63,310 bases of DNA, filler included, from Basidiobolus ranarum (GCA_040143965.1; 36 parts of 36 records of this genome joined end to end with filler, not necessarily neighbours in it), one strand, 5' to 3'; positions 49,773-62,300 are shown, counted from the whole stretch's first letter. Translations and numbers: made by a program. Notes: a model not told the origin generated them from the letters alone.

Positions 49773-51144
49773 AAGTTGTAGGTAAAGTAAAGAGAAATAA
49801 GGCTTTGCAAGATAAATGCAGAAATAACGTTGCCAGCATCTATCATCATCTAACTCAAGCATATTTATATGTATATATATACCTCGAGGTATCTTCCAGT
49901 AATATAATACCAATACCAAGTATAAAGCATTAAGTAAAGGTGATTCCCAGATGCTAACTTAAGACGAGATCATAAAGTGTAGGGTCAGAGTTAGAGATAG
50001 GTTTAGGTTTAGCCTAATTGGCTACGAATGGAATTTAGATATTAAGGTCGAAAAATCCAACAATTGATGTGTTTGGAATTTAGACGCACCAACCTAGAAC
50101 ATTGCAGAATAAGATGAGCACATCGGAACAGAGAGAAAGCTGTGTGAAGTAGGAAACATAGGAAGGCACCTCTTCAGATTTTGACGCGTCCATAGTGTAC
50201 GCAGAAAGTTGGTGATCTATCATCTTTCTTGAGTTACCAAGACTATTATTTCAGTGGGTAATCTAGATTAGGTAATCTAGATCAGGAGTGTGGTCTGTTT
50301 ATAAAAATGTTAGGGACTTCGCCTTTATATGGATGTCCTTACCTATTATTAGACAAGTATTTTTAAAAGTTTACTTGAGGTAAACAGGCACATGGCTTCT
50401 TCCATACGTTCTACTGGGTAACATACCAACTCCAACTGGATTTTTGGTTTAGTACCAAAAGCGCCAGTGAACACAAAGCGCCAATTAAGCAGCTATGTTA
50501 CATTATAGGTATTGGCATGGCATAAGAGACTGATTGTTTAATGACAAACAGGAATATTGAGTTGGCACAAGAAACAGGTTATAAGAGTACAGTATACAAG
50601 TGATACTTTTCCTTCACTTGATGCCACACGCTAGCTCACTTAACACTATGTCATTTTAATATTCAGAAGTTCATTAGCTGTAAACAGTCAGAAATAAAAT
50701 AAATTTAAACGCTATATGACGCTGGTAACTATATACGAAGCCCGGTATAGCTTGAGTGTTCAGGCCCCACTGTTGAGAGAATTATCCACCATGGCTCAGG
50801 ATACATGGCAAGTTAGATACTGCTAATGCTAGTAGATGAACAGGAAGTAATATCAAGTATCCATCAGGTCCTGGTATATTTCAATTCAGGAATATTTGGT
50901 AAAACTCGTCTATATATTTTGTGTTTATTTTGACAATGTATGTATATGGTAATTCGGATATAGTTGCTTCTATAAAAGAAGTGTTGAATTTCGACCGAAG
51001 ATGTGAAGTACATTATGTTGTTACTGACTATGAACCAAACCAATNNNNNNNNNNNNNNNNNNNNNNNNNNNNNNNNNNNNNNNNNNNNTTAATTAATTAA
51101 NNNNNNNNNNNNNNNNNNNNNNNNNNNNNNNNNNNNNNNNNNNN

Positions 51145-51581
51145 TGTAAAGTTGCACCAATATTTTCCAGTTGTTTTGCCAAAGATCTCACATTTGCAAT
51201 ATGAGTAACCATGCTTTCAGACTTTTCCATCTTTATATTGAAGAATTTTTGTCTGCAAAAGAGTCTGTTAGCAAGACTCTTTGCTTCATAATATTCTCCC
51301 AATATAGTCCAAGCTTGATGGGAAGTCTTTGCATAATGAATATTTGCAAGTTATGAATCCTTCAAACTTTAACAAATTACATTAAAGGCCTTCTTGTCTC
51401 TTTTCTTGTAAGCTTCCAATAAAGATGGGTCAGAAGGTTCCTTTTCATCTCCAGAGACTATATCCCAAAGCTCCCTGTCTTCCAGCATGATTTGCATCTT
51501 GAACTTCCAGAAATTGAAATTTTCTCCATCAAACTTTTCAACACTTGAGTTAATAAAAGTGGTAGTAGTGGTTTCTGTCAT
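51145..51581 (-). pseudogene. gag: copia gag (family B) downstream of LTR-A and PBS
   Basis: MTETTTTTFINSSVEKFDGENFNFWKFKMQIMLEDRELW, with one TAA after FNVIC. Confidence 0.93.
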
Positions 51582-51613
51582 GCTGTAAAGGTTAGAACAC
51601 AGGGCTCATAACC

Positions 51614-51894
51614 TGTTAAAATTATTTTAGAGAGAAATATTGGTCTGGCCAGGATTTGAACCTGGGACCTCCTTCACTCTAGCAAGGTGCTCTAACCACT
51701 GAGCTACCAGTCCTTGAATGCTACGCCTATATTACTAGGGAACCTTAACCTAGTCTGTCAATGTATGGTACTCTGGCATTTCAGTTTTACAAGCAACTGA
51801 TTGGCCTTAGACTTTGGGTTTGATGCAGTCACCATACTCAATATTTTCCTCTTTGGGAATTACTGCTTGTATCACAAGTACCAGACTTTCAACA
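51614..51894 (-). mobile_element. Complete LTR-A acting as 5' LTR (copy 2); PBS at 51601-51613
   Basis: In element sense: TGTTGAAAGTC...TTTTAACA, then GGTTATGAGCCCT, then gag. Confidence 0.92.
51641..51713 (-). ncRNA. tRNA-like cassette in LTR-A, same sense as gag
   Basis: GGACTGGTAGCTCAGTGGTTAGAGCACCTTGCTAGAGTGAAGGAGGTCCCAGGTTCAAATCCTGGCCAGACCA. Confidence 0.87.
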
Positions 51895-52798
51895 AATGCT
51901 CTGTATGGAATTTTCAGTATTACCATATGCTAAACTCATTAACAATATATCAGCTAAATCAGTGATGTATGTAATGCAATGGGTTAAGGAGACTGCACAG
52001 TATATTAACCTTCCAACAGATGGCCCTTTTCAATATAAATGTGGTTTTTACATGGTTTGAGCACAACAGCAGCAACAAAACCTAGCCCATGGACACAGAG
52101 TAAGTACTGCTATAATTTGGACTAATTTATTTGTGTGATAATCTGACAGTATTTATAGGAAAGATGCAAGACAGACTTCTTGGTGAGATAGATTGCAATA
52201 CACAGTATTATTGGACTTGTTCCATTGTGCCAGGATTTATTGGACCTTAGATCTATATATTAGAGTAAATGTGATTGAAACTGATCATGCTGGAGGGTGC
52301 TGGATAGTGCCAAATTATGCTGCATAAATCTTTTAATACTTTATCTAATATGATATATACAGCACAATCTGGCACTATCACAGAGAACAAGTTCATTGTT
52401 TTAGCCATGGCATAATCCAATGAAGCAATGACACATCTACTTGTGGCAGGACATTTGTTGACTGCAAGTTAGGGATATTTTGGCTGAATTCTTTACTTAA
52501 ATTTGCCAAAGGCTAACTTCAATATACTAAACCAGCATGCAAACAGTGGAAAAGTTGATAAACATCTGGAATTTTGAATAGCACTGACGCTTGGCACATA
52601 GCTGAATCTTGTTACCATTCACAATGAGAATAAGCTCTTGGATTATGGCAAATTTCTATGAAGAATTCAGCCAAAATATCCCCAACCTGCAGTCAACAAA
52701 TGTCCTGCCACAAGTAGATGTGTCATTGCTTGAGTTGCTTATCCTATGACTAAAACTATAATAGTGTGGATCTGAATCTTTGTCACGTAGGAGTCGGT
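51895..52798. mobile_element. CMC transposase 3' fragments, first + then -
   Basis: VMQWVKET and related 3' sequence; orientation switches near 52520. Confidence 0.75.
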
Positions 52799-53112
52799 NN
52801 NNNNNNNNNNNNNNNNNNNNNNNNNNNNNNNNNNNNNNNNNNTTAATTAATTAANNNNNNNNNNNNNNNNNNNNNNNNNNNNNNNNNNNNNNNNNNNNCA
52901 ATTCTCTGTTGACTACATTTGCTACATTGTCCTAGCAAGGATATTTCGGCAAACGAAGTTAAAGCCGGTAGATCTGTGGTATATATATACATCTACCGCC
53001 TTTGGTATTATTGTACCATTGGAGAACATAACCTGATCAAGCAAATATCTGAAACTCAATCCAATCAGTCTGAATATCCCGATTTTTATATAGTGGATTT
53101 GGTTGAAGTATT

Positions 53113-54552
53113 TGTTGAAATTAGCATTGTCTAAACACCTATATAGTCATATATAGCTTAGTACTTAGTTATCTTATATTGAACTAAGATATTATCCATT
53201 ATTCTCATGAGGAATTTACTTAGAAGTTTGAAGATATATAGATTTCAATAACTTGTGCTAGAAGCCCCAAGCTTTGCATACATGTTCCTGGGACCTTCCT
53301 TAACCCATTCTACACGTTAGTTTATTTACATATTGACAAAAGTATAAATGTCAACTGAATACTCAATAAATCAACAAGTGAAAACCACCAATTTCTATAA
53401 TTGTCCAAACCACTTCCAATAGGCTCCCAAATACTTTAACATCAGGAACATCTATACAAAGCTTAGGGTCTCTTGGACAAGATTGAGTAAATCATATCCA
53501 AGTTGGTAAAAATATTGTAAGCACATTCCTCATGAAGATACTGAATAATAATAGTGAAATTGAAGTAGCCAACTATATAACTATATTGATGCTTTAGCTA
53601 TGTCATTTTCAGCATATTTTTCTATATTGACAATTATTACACACCTCCTAGATATAAAGTAGATGATGTTTACCAGTGTTTCACTCATACAAAGTGCCTC
53701 TTGAAGCACCTTTCCTTCATAAAAATTACAAATAATGTTATGATCTGATGTTAAAATTGTGGGAGACTTGTACTCTTTCTCTGACAGCAACAAATATATG
53801 CATCAAATGGAGGCCTATTCAAGAGAATATCACTGGCAGCTTCACGGATTGTATACAATATGATACATTGCCATGAGCCCATAGTAAAATCTTTGGAGTT
53901 GGGTTCAAAGTCTTAATGTATTGGGGGGCCTGTTGGAAGTGGTTTGGAGAATTAGGGAAATTGGTGGTTTTCACTTTCTGATGTATTGAGTTTTTGGTTG
54001 ACATTGATAGTTTTGTCAGGATGTTAACCGACTAACATGTAGAATGTGTTAAGGAAAGTTTGGGGCTTTTAGTACTGGTTTGAAAAAGTCTATATATTTG
54101 AGAACTTCTAAGTTGGTAAAAAATATTCTCAGTAAATTCCAATTGAGAATAATGGGTAATACCTGAGTGAAATAAAGAATAACTAAATATTAAGCTATAT
54201 ATGACTATATAGATGTTTAGGCAATGCTAACTTCACCACAAAGGTGAGTTAAGCCTGTTGAAGTATTTTGGGAGTCTGTTGGAAGTGATCAGAAGAACTA
54301 GAAAAACTGATGGTTCTGATATATTGCTTAGAAAGTTGACATTTGTAATTTTGCCAAGAGGTAAGCAATATGTATGCAGAATATGCTAAGGAAGGTCCCA
54401 AAACCATGTGTGATATGTTTGGGGCTTCTGGCACAAACTTGAAGAATCTATATATCTGAGGACTTCTGATTGATGTAAATTTTCAATAAAATTTCCTCTT
54501 GAGAATAGTGAGTGATATCTATTAAAGTATTTGGGAGCCTGTTGGAAGTAGT
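53113..54552. mobile_element. LTR-D cluster: + copy 53113-53441; - copies about 53915-54240, 54256-54520 and 54520-54552
   Basis: Repeated LTR-D termini and internal blocks. Confidence 0.85.
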
Positions 54553-54652
54553 NNNNNNNNNNNNNNNNNNNNNNNNNNNNNNNNNNNNNNNNNNNNTTAA
54601 TTAATTAANNNNNNNNNNNNNNNNNNNNNNNNNNNNNNNNNNNNNNNNNNNN

Positions 54653-54946
54653 TTTGGAGTGTAGTTTCAGGATTTATACTACTATTCCCTTGTATTTATA
54701 TTCCAGGGTAAGTTTTAACTTGTTTGAGAAGTATGTTTATTATAACAAATTACTGACATTTCCCAAAGCTTGAATACATCTGTCTTCCGTCACAAAGGAA
54801 TCACCTGGGAGTGGGGACTTGTTGTAGCCGATGCTTTAGTCTTTATCTTGGTTTCAGAACTATATAAATGGACCAAGCGTCATTGCATGGAGTCTACCGA
54901 AGCTAAAGTCGATGATGCCTTCTTGAGCCAAATTGAGCGATCATAA
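54653..54946 (+). CDS. C-terminus of an ENA-type (P2D) Na+/K+-exporting P-type ATPase; exons 54653-54707 and 54769-54946
   Basis: WSVVSGFILLFPCIYIPG|LNTSVFRHKGITWEWGLVV...SELYKWTKR matches the fungal ENA last-TM pattern (YIP..N..VF.H..I.WEW). GTAAGT..TACTGAC..AAG intron; downstream AATAAA. Confidence 0.85.
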
Positions 54947-56097
54947 ACCCACTTAACTATCAGTTATTAATAGCATTAATAGTACAAGCAGCATTTCATT
55001 GTTTACACTTATATCAATTCAAGTATTTTAAAAGAACGAATCTAAATAAAAATTTACATTGAAGAGTAAAGCTTTCTTCAATGGATGAAAATCAAAACTT
55101 GGTGTTAGTATACGTTATTTCAATTGTATATCAATTATTTATATATGAACATAAAGTTGATATGTTTGGCTAAAGTTAGGACGCTGGAGGCATATCCGGA
55201 GTTATGTTCGGTGCCGTGGGTAATTTCATCGGGTAAATCCAATGTTCGTTTGAAGATATTATGGAGAATCTGTAATACTTCGGATATAGCCTGTAAACGA
55301 AAGCCAGCCGATTTTCCTCCGCAAAATATCGGCTGTACAATCAATAGTAGGGAGGATCGCAACTAATCAATCGATTAATGTTGAAGAGTCCAATCAAAAG
55401 TGGTGTGGGAATTATTAGTTAACGATTATCTATTGTAAGTGCTTGCTCATCAATGTTGCCATATTAGTATACATTCACCGTGTGGCGCCAATGAGTAGGA
55501 GTCATTCGGTTAGAAATACAGGAATTTGACATTTGACACGTAATTGGAACTTTTCGATTGTTTAAACAATCTTTAAATTAGTACATTAGCCACCAACAGG
55601 TTCATGTGATAGAGCTACACAATGAAATATTTCACACCAGATCAAGATATGGAAACCGATGAAGTAGATATACACCTGGAGAGCCACATCATTAGCAGTT
55701 TAATTCTTATAAATAACCACTCAGATATCAACATCATCTCATTGCGGTGGAAACTATTCTGCTTTACAGCAAGTCAGAAATAGGAAAGTAGTCGAGCATT
55801 TAACTGGGTACGGTTATAATTATGTATGGATAGAATTGACAGTGAGAGGGAAAAAGTGCTGGCATGGATACCGATAAGTGAAAAAATGCGGAGCTGTGGA
55901 GCAATAGAAAACTAGATATCGATCAATTGAGCGAGTTGGATAATCAATACACTCGAAGTTATGTTACCTAAAGCTACCAAATCTTATATATATATTAGGA
56001 CTGCATCATCTTTACAGGCCATCAACTCCATTCAAAGCATTGTATTTCGGTTTCTGTGCATTCGACACTTTGTCTTGATCTTTAACGTCAATTAGAA

Positions 56098-56254
56098 ATG
56101 ATGTCCGTTCAAAGCTATTCCAACACCTTGACATTTTACGTTAATGGTACTCGTGTTGCTTTGCAAAACCCTGACCCAGAAATGTCACTTCTCCAGTACC
56201 TCCGTGGTACCGGTCTCACAGGAACAAAACTTGGATGTGGAGAGGGCGGTTGCG
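56098..56254 (+). CDS. XDH: Xanthine dehydrogenase / aldehyde oxidase, first exon (2Fe-2S domain)
   Basis: LTFYVNG...[28 protein letters not shown], then a GTAAGT donor at 56255. Confidence 0.93.
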
Positions 56255-56529
56255 GTAAGTACAGGGGTGATTTGGAATTCACAAGTATTCCAAAACTACA
56301 ATAAGNNNNNNNNNNNNNNNNNNNNNNNNNNNNNNNNNNNNNNNNNNNNTTAATTAATTAANNNNNNNNNNNNNNNNNNNNNNNNNNNNNNNNNNNNNNN
56401 NNNNNATGGATTTACTTTTCTACTATATAAGTCACCATATACTCTTTAGAATAAACTAACTCAAACACACTATCATAAGTTGCTTCTAATACTCAAAGTC
56501 TACCCCCATTATGTCAAGATCCTCCAACA

Positions 56530-58057
56530 CAAGCAATTTTGGATTGTTGTGTAGGCTTAATGGTCCAATACATATTCTACTCTGCTAGATTGTCAAGGTG
56601 ACATTCATATGTATGGTGTGGGATTGATTGAAATCCTATATGAGAATGGATGGAGGGAGCAGCATGCTGCTGTATTTCAAGTACAGCATTCTGAAGGTCT
56701 TGTATCATTGTTAAGTGACTCTCTGACTGTTGACTAGTTTCTTCCAAATACTGCATTAATTGCACTATTGCAGCATTATTGCTTGTCATGGCCTGTATAG
56801 CAACTTTGTAGTTTTTACTTATGACTGCATACAAATCATTACATTGTTCTGCCTGCAATTCCCTTGACGTAATAATTGTTGAAATTATTTAAGGATAAAT
56901 ATTGGTCTGGCCAGGATTTGAACCTGGGACCTTCTTCACTTTAGCAAGGTGCTCTAACCACTGAGCTACCAGTCCTTGTATGCTATTCATGTATTGCTAG
57001 GGAACCTTACCTAGTCTGTCAATGTATGGTATTTCAGCTTTACAAGCAACTGATTGGCCTTAGACTTTGTGTTCAGAAACAGTCACCATACTCCATATCT
57101 TCCTCTTTGGGAATTACCGCTTGTACCATAAGTCACCAGACTTTCAAATGTAATTCTATCCAAGTTTTTTACAGAGGGTTGTTCAATAGTGGGCAAAGTA
57201 GCCATTTTAGAGGTTGATGGTCTTGATGGTGTTTCAGTTGAACTTTGTTCAACTATTGATTTGCTACATAATTGGGGGATTATAATCTCTTCCCTTGCAC
57301 TATTGCTTGAAAGGAACACATCTGGTAAATTGATTAATACTTCATCATTACTTCAGTTAGTTTCTGGCATGTTAATGCCTTCCAAAGTGGATGGTGGATT
57401 GCTAGACTGCTCATCAATTAAGTCCTCTGTTCTTGCTGGTCTTTTTCCTTTTGTGCCAGCAGGCTTTGGTTTGGAAGCTGATTTTGACTTAGATTTTGAA
57501 CGCTTTTTGATTGGCAATGATATTTTCCAATGGTAAATTGGTGTATTGAAATTGCTTAAAACAGCTTATAATAAACAAAATTGCCATCCATTACTGGAAG
57601 CATGTTGTAAATCCCCTAATGACTTATCTGTGACACTGTCTCAAAATCAGCCAATGATATTGATGGGCTATACCTAAAATACCCCACTTACATGGGAGGT
57701 GTTATTTTTGCTACAATATCCTTCTGATGCCACAACAGAAACTTTTAAAGAAGCCCTGCTATTATTGTCATAAATTCTTGTGCAATGAAAGCTGAAGGCT
57801 TCATTAAAAAATAATCACAAGCATGGTCACTGTACAAAGCCACCAGCTGCACAAAGCCTGGTGTATAACAACAGTAATAACTGCACTAAATTGAATTTAA
57901 CTTTGGCCATTGAGTTGACTGACTGTAGTTTGCCTCAAAGTTTTGGTAACACAACCAAAGTCAAGATACCATGGAGTTACCACAGTTATATGACCAGAAT
58001 GATGTAGGTCAAATGCAACTTTGGTCAAACCAGTAAGTCCAGACAACTGTGAGGACT
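56530..58057. mobile_element. CMC central region (ORF2 -, spacer, transposase 5' +) carrying a solo LTR-A
   Basis: Colinear with 33950-35200 once 56877-57154 is removed. Confidence 0.88.
56877..57149 (-). mobile_element. Solo LTR-A (copy 3); tRNA-like cassette 56903-56975
   Basis: Flanked by ATAAT/GTAAT (4/5 TSD match). Empty site GTA-CTAAT-TCTATC seen near 39301. Confidence 0.9.
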
Positions 58058-58157
58058 NNNNNNNNNNNNNNNNNNNNNNNNNNNNNNNNNNNNNNNNNNN
58101 NTTAATTAATTAANNNNNNNNNNNNNNNNNNNNNNNNNNNNNNNNNNNNNNNNNNNN

Positions 58158-59808
58158 GCAACGTTAATATAATGATGGGCTTTGATGGAGATATTGATAC
58201 AAACTTGTGTTGGGTATGAGCCAAACCTTGGGTATGAAGAACTCTATATAATTATTCAGGAGAATATATCAAAGAGACTAGGGATTTCAAAGGTGACAAT
58301 TTAGTGTTAAAGAGGTAATTGTGTAAAATTTGAGTTATATTTTTGCACATGTGTTGTTCCATAGTACTCTGAGATTTTAGCCAATCATGCAAAACTATTT
58401 TGTGAGATCTTGAAATTTCACTCCTGAAACTGAAAAAATTGATTAAAATCAAATCTAACCTGACAAATTTATGATGGTTAGTGAACAGTCAATCACAAGT
58501 GGATTAAAATTGTGATGGTTTTCCTACAAAAACAATCCTCAAATTTCTGTCAGGGAATAAGAATAAGCTCTTGGATTTTGGCAAATTTCCATAAAGAATT
58601 CTGCTAATATGTCCCCCACTTGAAGTCAACAAATGTCCTGCCACAAGTAGATGTGTCATTGCTTGAATCAATTACCCCATGGCTCAAACAATAATACTGC
58701 ATATATTGATCTATCTCACCAAGAAGTCTGTTTTGCAGCTTTCCTAAAAATACCATCAGATTATCACACAAGCAAATAAGTCTGATTATAAAGGTACTTA
58801 CTCTGTGTCCATGGATTGGGCTTTGTGGCTGTAATTGTGCTCAAACAATGCAAAAACCCATGAGCACATTGAAAATAGCCATTTGTTGGCAGATTAATAT
58901 ACTCTGGAGACTCCTTACCCCATTGCATCAAATCCATCACTGATTTTGCTGATACATTGTTAATCAGATTAGCATACAGTAATACTGACAATTTCACATG
59001 GAGCATCATTACTATTGAACTTATTTAGGGAGAAATATTGGTCTGGCCAGGATTTAAACCTGGGACCTCCTTCACTCTAGCAAGGTGCTCAAGCCACTGA
59101 GCTACCAGTCCTTGTATGCTATGCCTATATTGCAAGGGAACCTTAACCTAGTCTGTCAATGTATGGTACTTTGGCATTTCAGTTATGCAAGCAACTGATT
59201 GGCCTTAGACTTTGTGCTCAGATGCAGTCACCATACTCCATATTTTCCTCTTTGGGAATTACTGCTTGTACCACAAGTCACCAAACTTTCAACAATTTCA
59301 CCACAGGTGTGCTCCATTGGGAACTCCCAGCAAGTATAGCAAGGGCCTATAATCTCTAAGCATTGTGAAAGATGCAGCAGGGAATGTAGTGAAAACCGGC
59401 ATAGATTCAGTCTATCTTCTTGAAAACTGTAATAAAGTTTTTCATATGCAATTAAAAAATCTTTGCACAGTCCATGTATCTGCCTGAGATCTGCCAATGT
59501 GAGTTGATACCATAAGAATATGTTAACAATATCTGCAAACAACTCTCAATGTTGCCAATACTTATCAGGCAGAAATCTTTTCAAAATTCCACTTGAATAT
59601 ATACAATTCCAATACTTCCAGTCTTTGGATTTGAATAAACACCTAGATGAGTGGATATTGATGGGAGTACTGGTAAAATATGATGGTATCTTGATGTTTT
59701 CAAGCATCTTCCCAATCAATTCAAACTTTCATCCTATCTTGAAAGGCTCATCCATATTAAATTTTTCCACTATATAGCTGAGTTAGTAGTATTGAAGTGT
59801 TGTTGAAT
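58158..59808 (-). mobile_element. CMC left terminus (ends 58555) abutting another CMC transposase 3' half (58556-59808)
   Basis: TTTCTGTCAGGG, then transposase C-terminal sequence. Confidence 0.85.
59013..59294 (-). mobile_element. Solo LTR-A (copy 4); tRNA-like cassette 59039-59111
   Basis: Flanked by ATTAC/ATTTC (4/5 TSD match). Empty site GAGCATC-ATTTC-ACCACAGG near 40736. Confidence 0.9.
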
Positions 59809-59908
59809 NNNNNNNNNNNNNNNNNNNNNNNNNNNNNNNNNNNNNNNNNNNNTTAATTAATTAANNNNNNNNNNNNNNNNNNNNNNNNNNNNNNNNNNNN
59901 NNNNNNNN

Positions 59909-60830
59909 TTCCAAAGCTGTGACCAAGTTTGATTACTGTTCTGGTAGACTACTTAGAAGAGTCATAATGACATCTTCTTCCTGTAAAGTTGCACCAATAT
60001 TTTTCAGCCGTTTTGCCCAAGATCTCACATTTGCAATATGATTAACAATGCTTGTGGACTTTTCCATCTTTATATTGAAGAGTCTTTGCCTGAGAAAGAG
60101 TCTCTTAGTAAGACTCTTTGCTTCATAACACTCTTCCAATATACTCTAAGCCTGATGGGAAGTCTTTGCATATTGAATATTCACAAGTTGTGAATCCTTC
60201 AAACTTTGACAAATGACATTAAAGGCCTTCTTATCTCTTTTCTTGTAAGCTTCTAATAAAGAAGGGTCTGAAGGTTCCTTTTGATCTCCTGAGACAACAT
60301 CCCAAAGCTCCCTGTCTTCCAGCATGATTTGCATCTTGAACTACCAGAAATTGTAATTTTCTCCATCATGCTTTTCAACACTTGAGTTAATAAAAGTGGT
60401 AGTAGTGGTTTCTGTCATGCTGTAAAGGTTAGAACACAGGGCTCATAACCTATTGGGAAAATATGGGCTGTTTGGAGGAACTTTAGAAAAGTGGAGTTGT
60501 GAATAGCTTTGTGAGATAATTATTTATTGTCCAGAAATAAAGCATTTATACATTTTGGTGGAAATACAGAAAACTAACACTGGGGTTGTGTTCAGAACAT
60601 CTGTGGGAGTAAAATGAGCTATCTTAGGGGCAATTTGGACAAGTTTGAAATTTCTAATATGGAATTGCTAATTCTGACATTATTCACATATATATACATA
60701 ATATATGTTCCAATATTCAGCTAAGTGATATTTGACTAGGTAATGTTAACTAACATATATGTGTTATATGGAAGAGTTAGGTGTATCAAGATAGAGATAA
60801 CAAATATGAGAAAGACAATAAACTTTAACA
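59909..60830 (-). mobile_element. Family-B element 5' end: LTR-B (60451-60830), PBS (60438-60450), gag (ATG 60418)
   Basis: LTR-B, then GGTTATGAGCCCT, then MTETTTTTFINSSVEK. Confidence 0.93.
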
Positions 60831-60931
60831 AACCCTAAGCCCTGAATGGCCCTCACACAAAATTTTGGAGAGCTGCAATGGCTGATGAGTACCAGGCTTT
60901 GATAATTAAACTTGGATTTTAACCAACTTAC

Positions 60932-61167
60932 TGTTGAAAGTCTGGTGACCTGTGATACAAGCAGTAAATCCAAAAGAGGAAAATATGGAATATGGTGACT
61001 GCATCTGAACACAAAGTCTAAGGCCAATCAGTTGCTTGTATAGTTGAAATGCCAAAGTACCATACATTGACACACTAGGTTAGGGTTCCCTAGCAATATA
61101 GGCATAGCATACAAGGACTGGTAGCTCAGTGGTTAGAGCACCTTGCTAGGGTGAATGAGGTCCCAGG
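60932..61167 (+). mobile_element. LTR-A (copy 5), truncated in the T stem of its tRNA-like cassette (cassette starts 61115)
   Basis: TGTTGAAAGTCTGG start. Lies between two parts of a copia RT (60831-60931 and 61168-61559). Confidence 0.88.
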
Positions 61168-61559
61168 ACCAGCTAGATAGATTTGTGGACCCAGAAACCC
61201 TAAAAAAGTGTGCAGACTCCAGAAAACTCTCTATGGCTTAAAACAATCCCCAAGAGCTTGAAATAGCATGATAGACACTTTTTTGGAAACACTCAAATTG
61301 CAAAAGAGTAATTGTGAATATAGTACCTACTTCAGGCCAGATAAAACAAACCCACTTCTATTAGCCTTATATGTGGATGGCCTTATTATAGCAACCAATG
61401 ACTTGAAGACTTGGAGGAAACCAAATACAGCTTATCTGCCAAATTCAAAATGACTGATCTTGGGGAGCTGACATACTATCTTGGAATCTAAATTAGGATA
61501 AATAGAATACCAAAACAGTAACTTTAAACCAGTCTGAGTTTATTCTAGATATACTAAAG
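61168..61559 (+). pseudogene. copia RT fragment
   Basis: VCRLQKTLYGLKQSPRA and LALYVDGLIIA. Confidence 0.9.
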
Positions 61560-61659
61560 NNNNNNNNNNNNNNNNNNNNNNNNNNNNNNNNNNNNNNNNN
61601 NNNTTAATTAATTAANNNNNNNNNNNNNNNNNNNNNNNNNNNNNNNNNNNNNNNNNNNN

Positions 61660-62300
61660 ACTCCAAAAAAATATCAAGACCACTAGACCTTGTGATAAAC
61701 TTGATCATAAAAGACTAAGGCCTTTTGAGATTATTAAGCAAATCAATTCAGTAGCCTTTGGCCTTGAACTCCCAGACCATTTCAAAGTCTACAATGTATT
61801 CCATGTGTTTCTCCTAGAGCCACATGCCAGAATTACCTTCCATAGCCAACCCATTGACCCACCCCCAGCAATCCAAGCAGAAGAACACTCTAAGTATGAA
61901 GTTAGCAAAATTCTAGATTCCAGAAATTTTTGACATATATTGCAATATTTAGTGGACTGGAAGGGATACTCAACAAATGATCAATTATGGGAAGCCAGCA
62001 ACAAACCTTTACAACTCTAAGGAACTTTGTGAGGAGCTTCATGAAGCCTACTCAGAAAAACCTGGCCCTATGATGTCTGGAAGCCATCACTAAAGGAGGT
62101 GATACTGTCTTGATTCTGATCTTGGCATTCTCATCCACTGCAAATGGTACTCTTCTATTATGAGATTATGACATAATATCTACTGTGCCATCCTTTCTTG
62201 GCAATCTTGTGCTAGTTCCTCCAGGTTACCTTATAAGGAAGTTTTGCTCTTTGTAACATTGAAGAAACCTAACCAATCATGTCATCCCACAAATAGTATA
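61660..62300 (+). mobile_element. Ty3/gypsy chromovirus 3' end: integrase GPY/F region, chromodomain, PPT (about 62092) and 3' LTR from 62106 (right end uncertain)
   Basis: RPCDKLDHKRLRPFEII...VFHVFLLEP, then YEVSKILDSR...QYLVDWKGY...WE, then AAAGGAGGTGA before TGTC. Confidence 0.92.

Noticed and set aside
49773-51044. CpG-retaining unique region (also 62450-63310)
   Set aside because: No ORF, RNA structure or repeat that I can support; probably intergenic.
55135-55362. 75-aa minus-strand ORF between ENA and XDH
   Set aside because: Non-ATG start, no recognisable motif and no clear splice structure.
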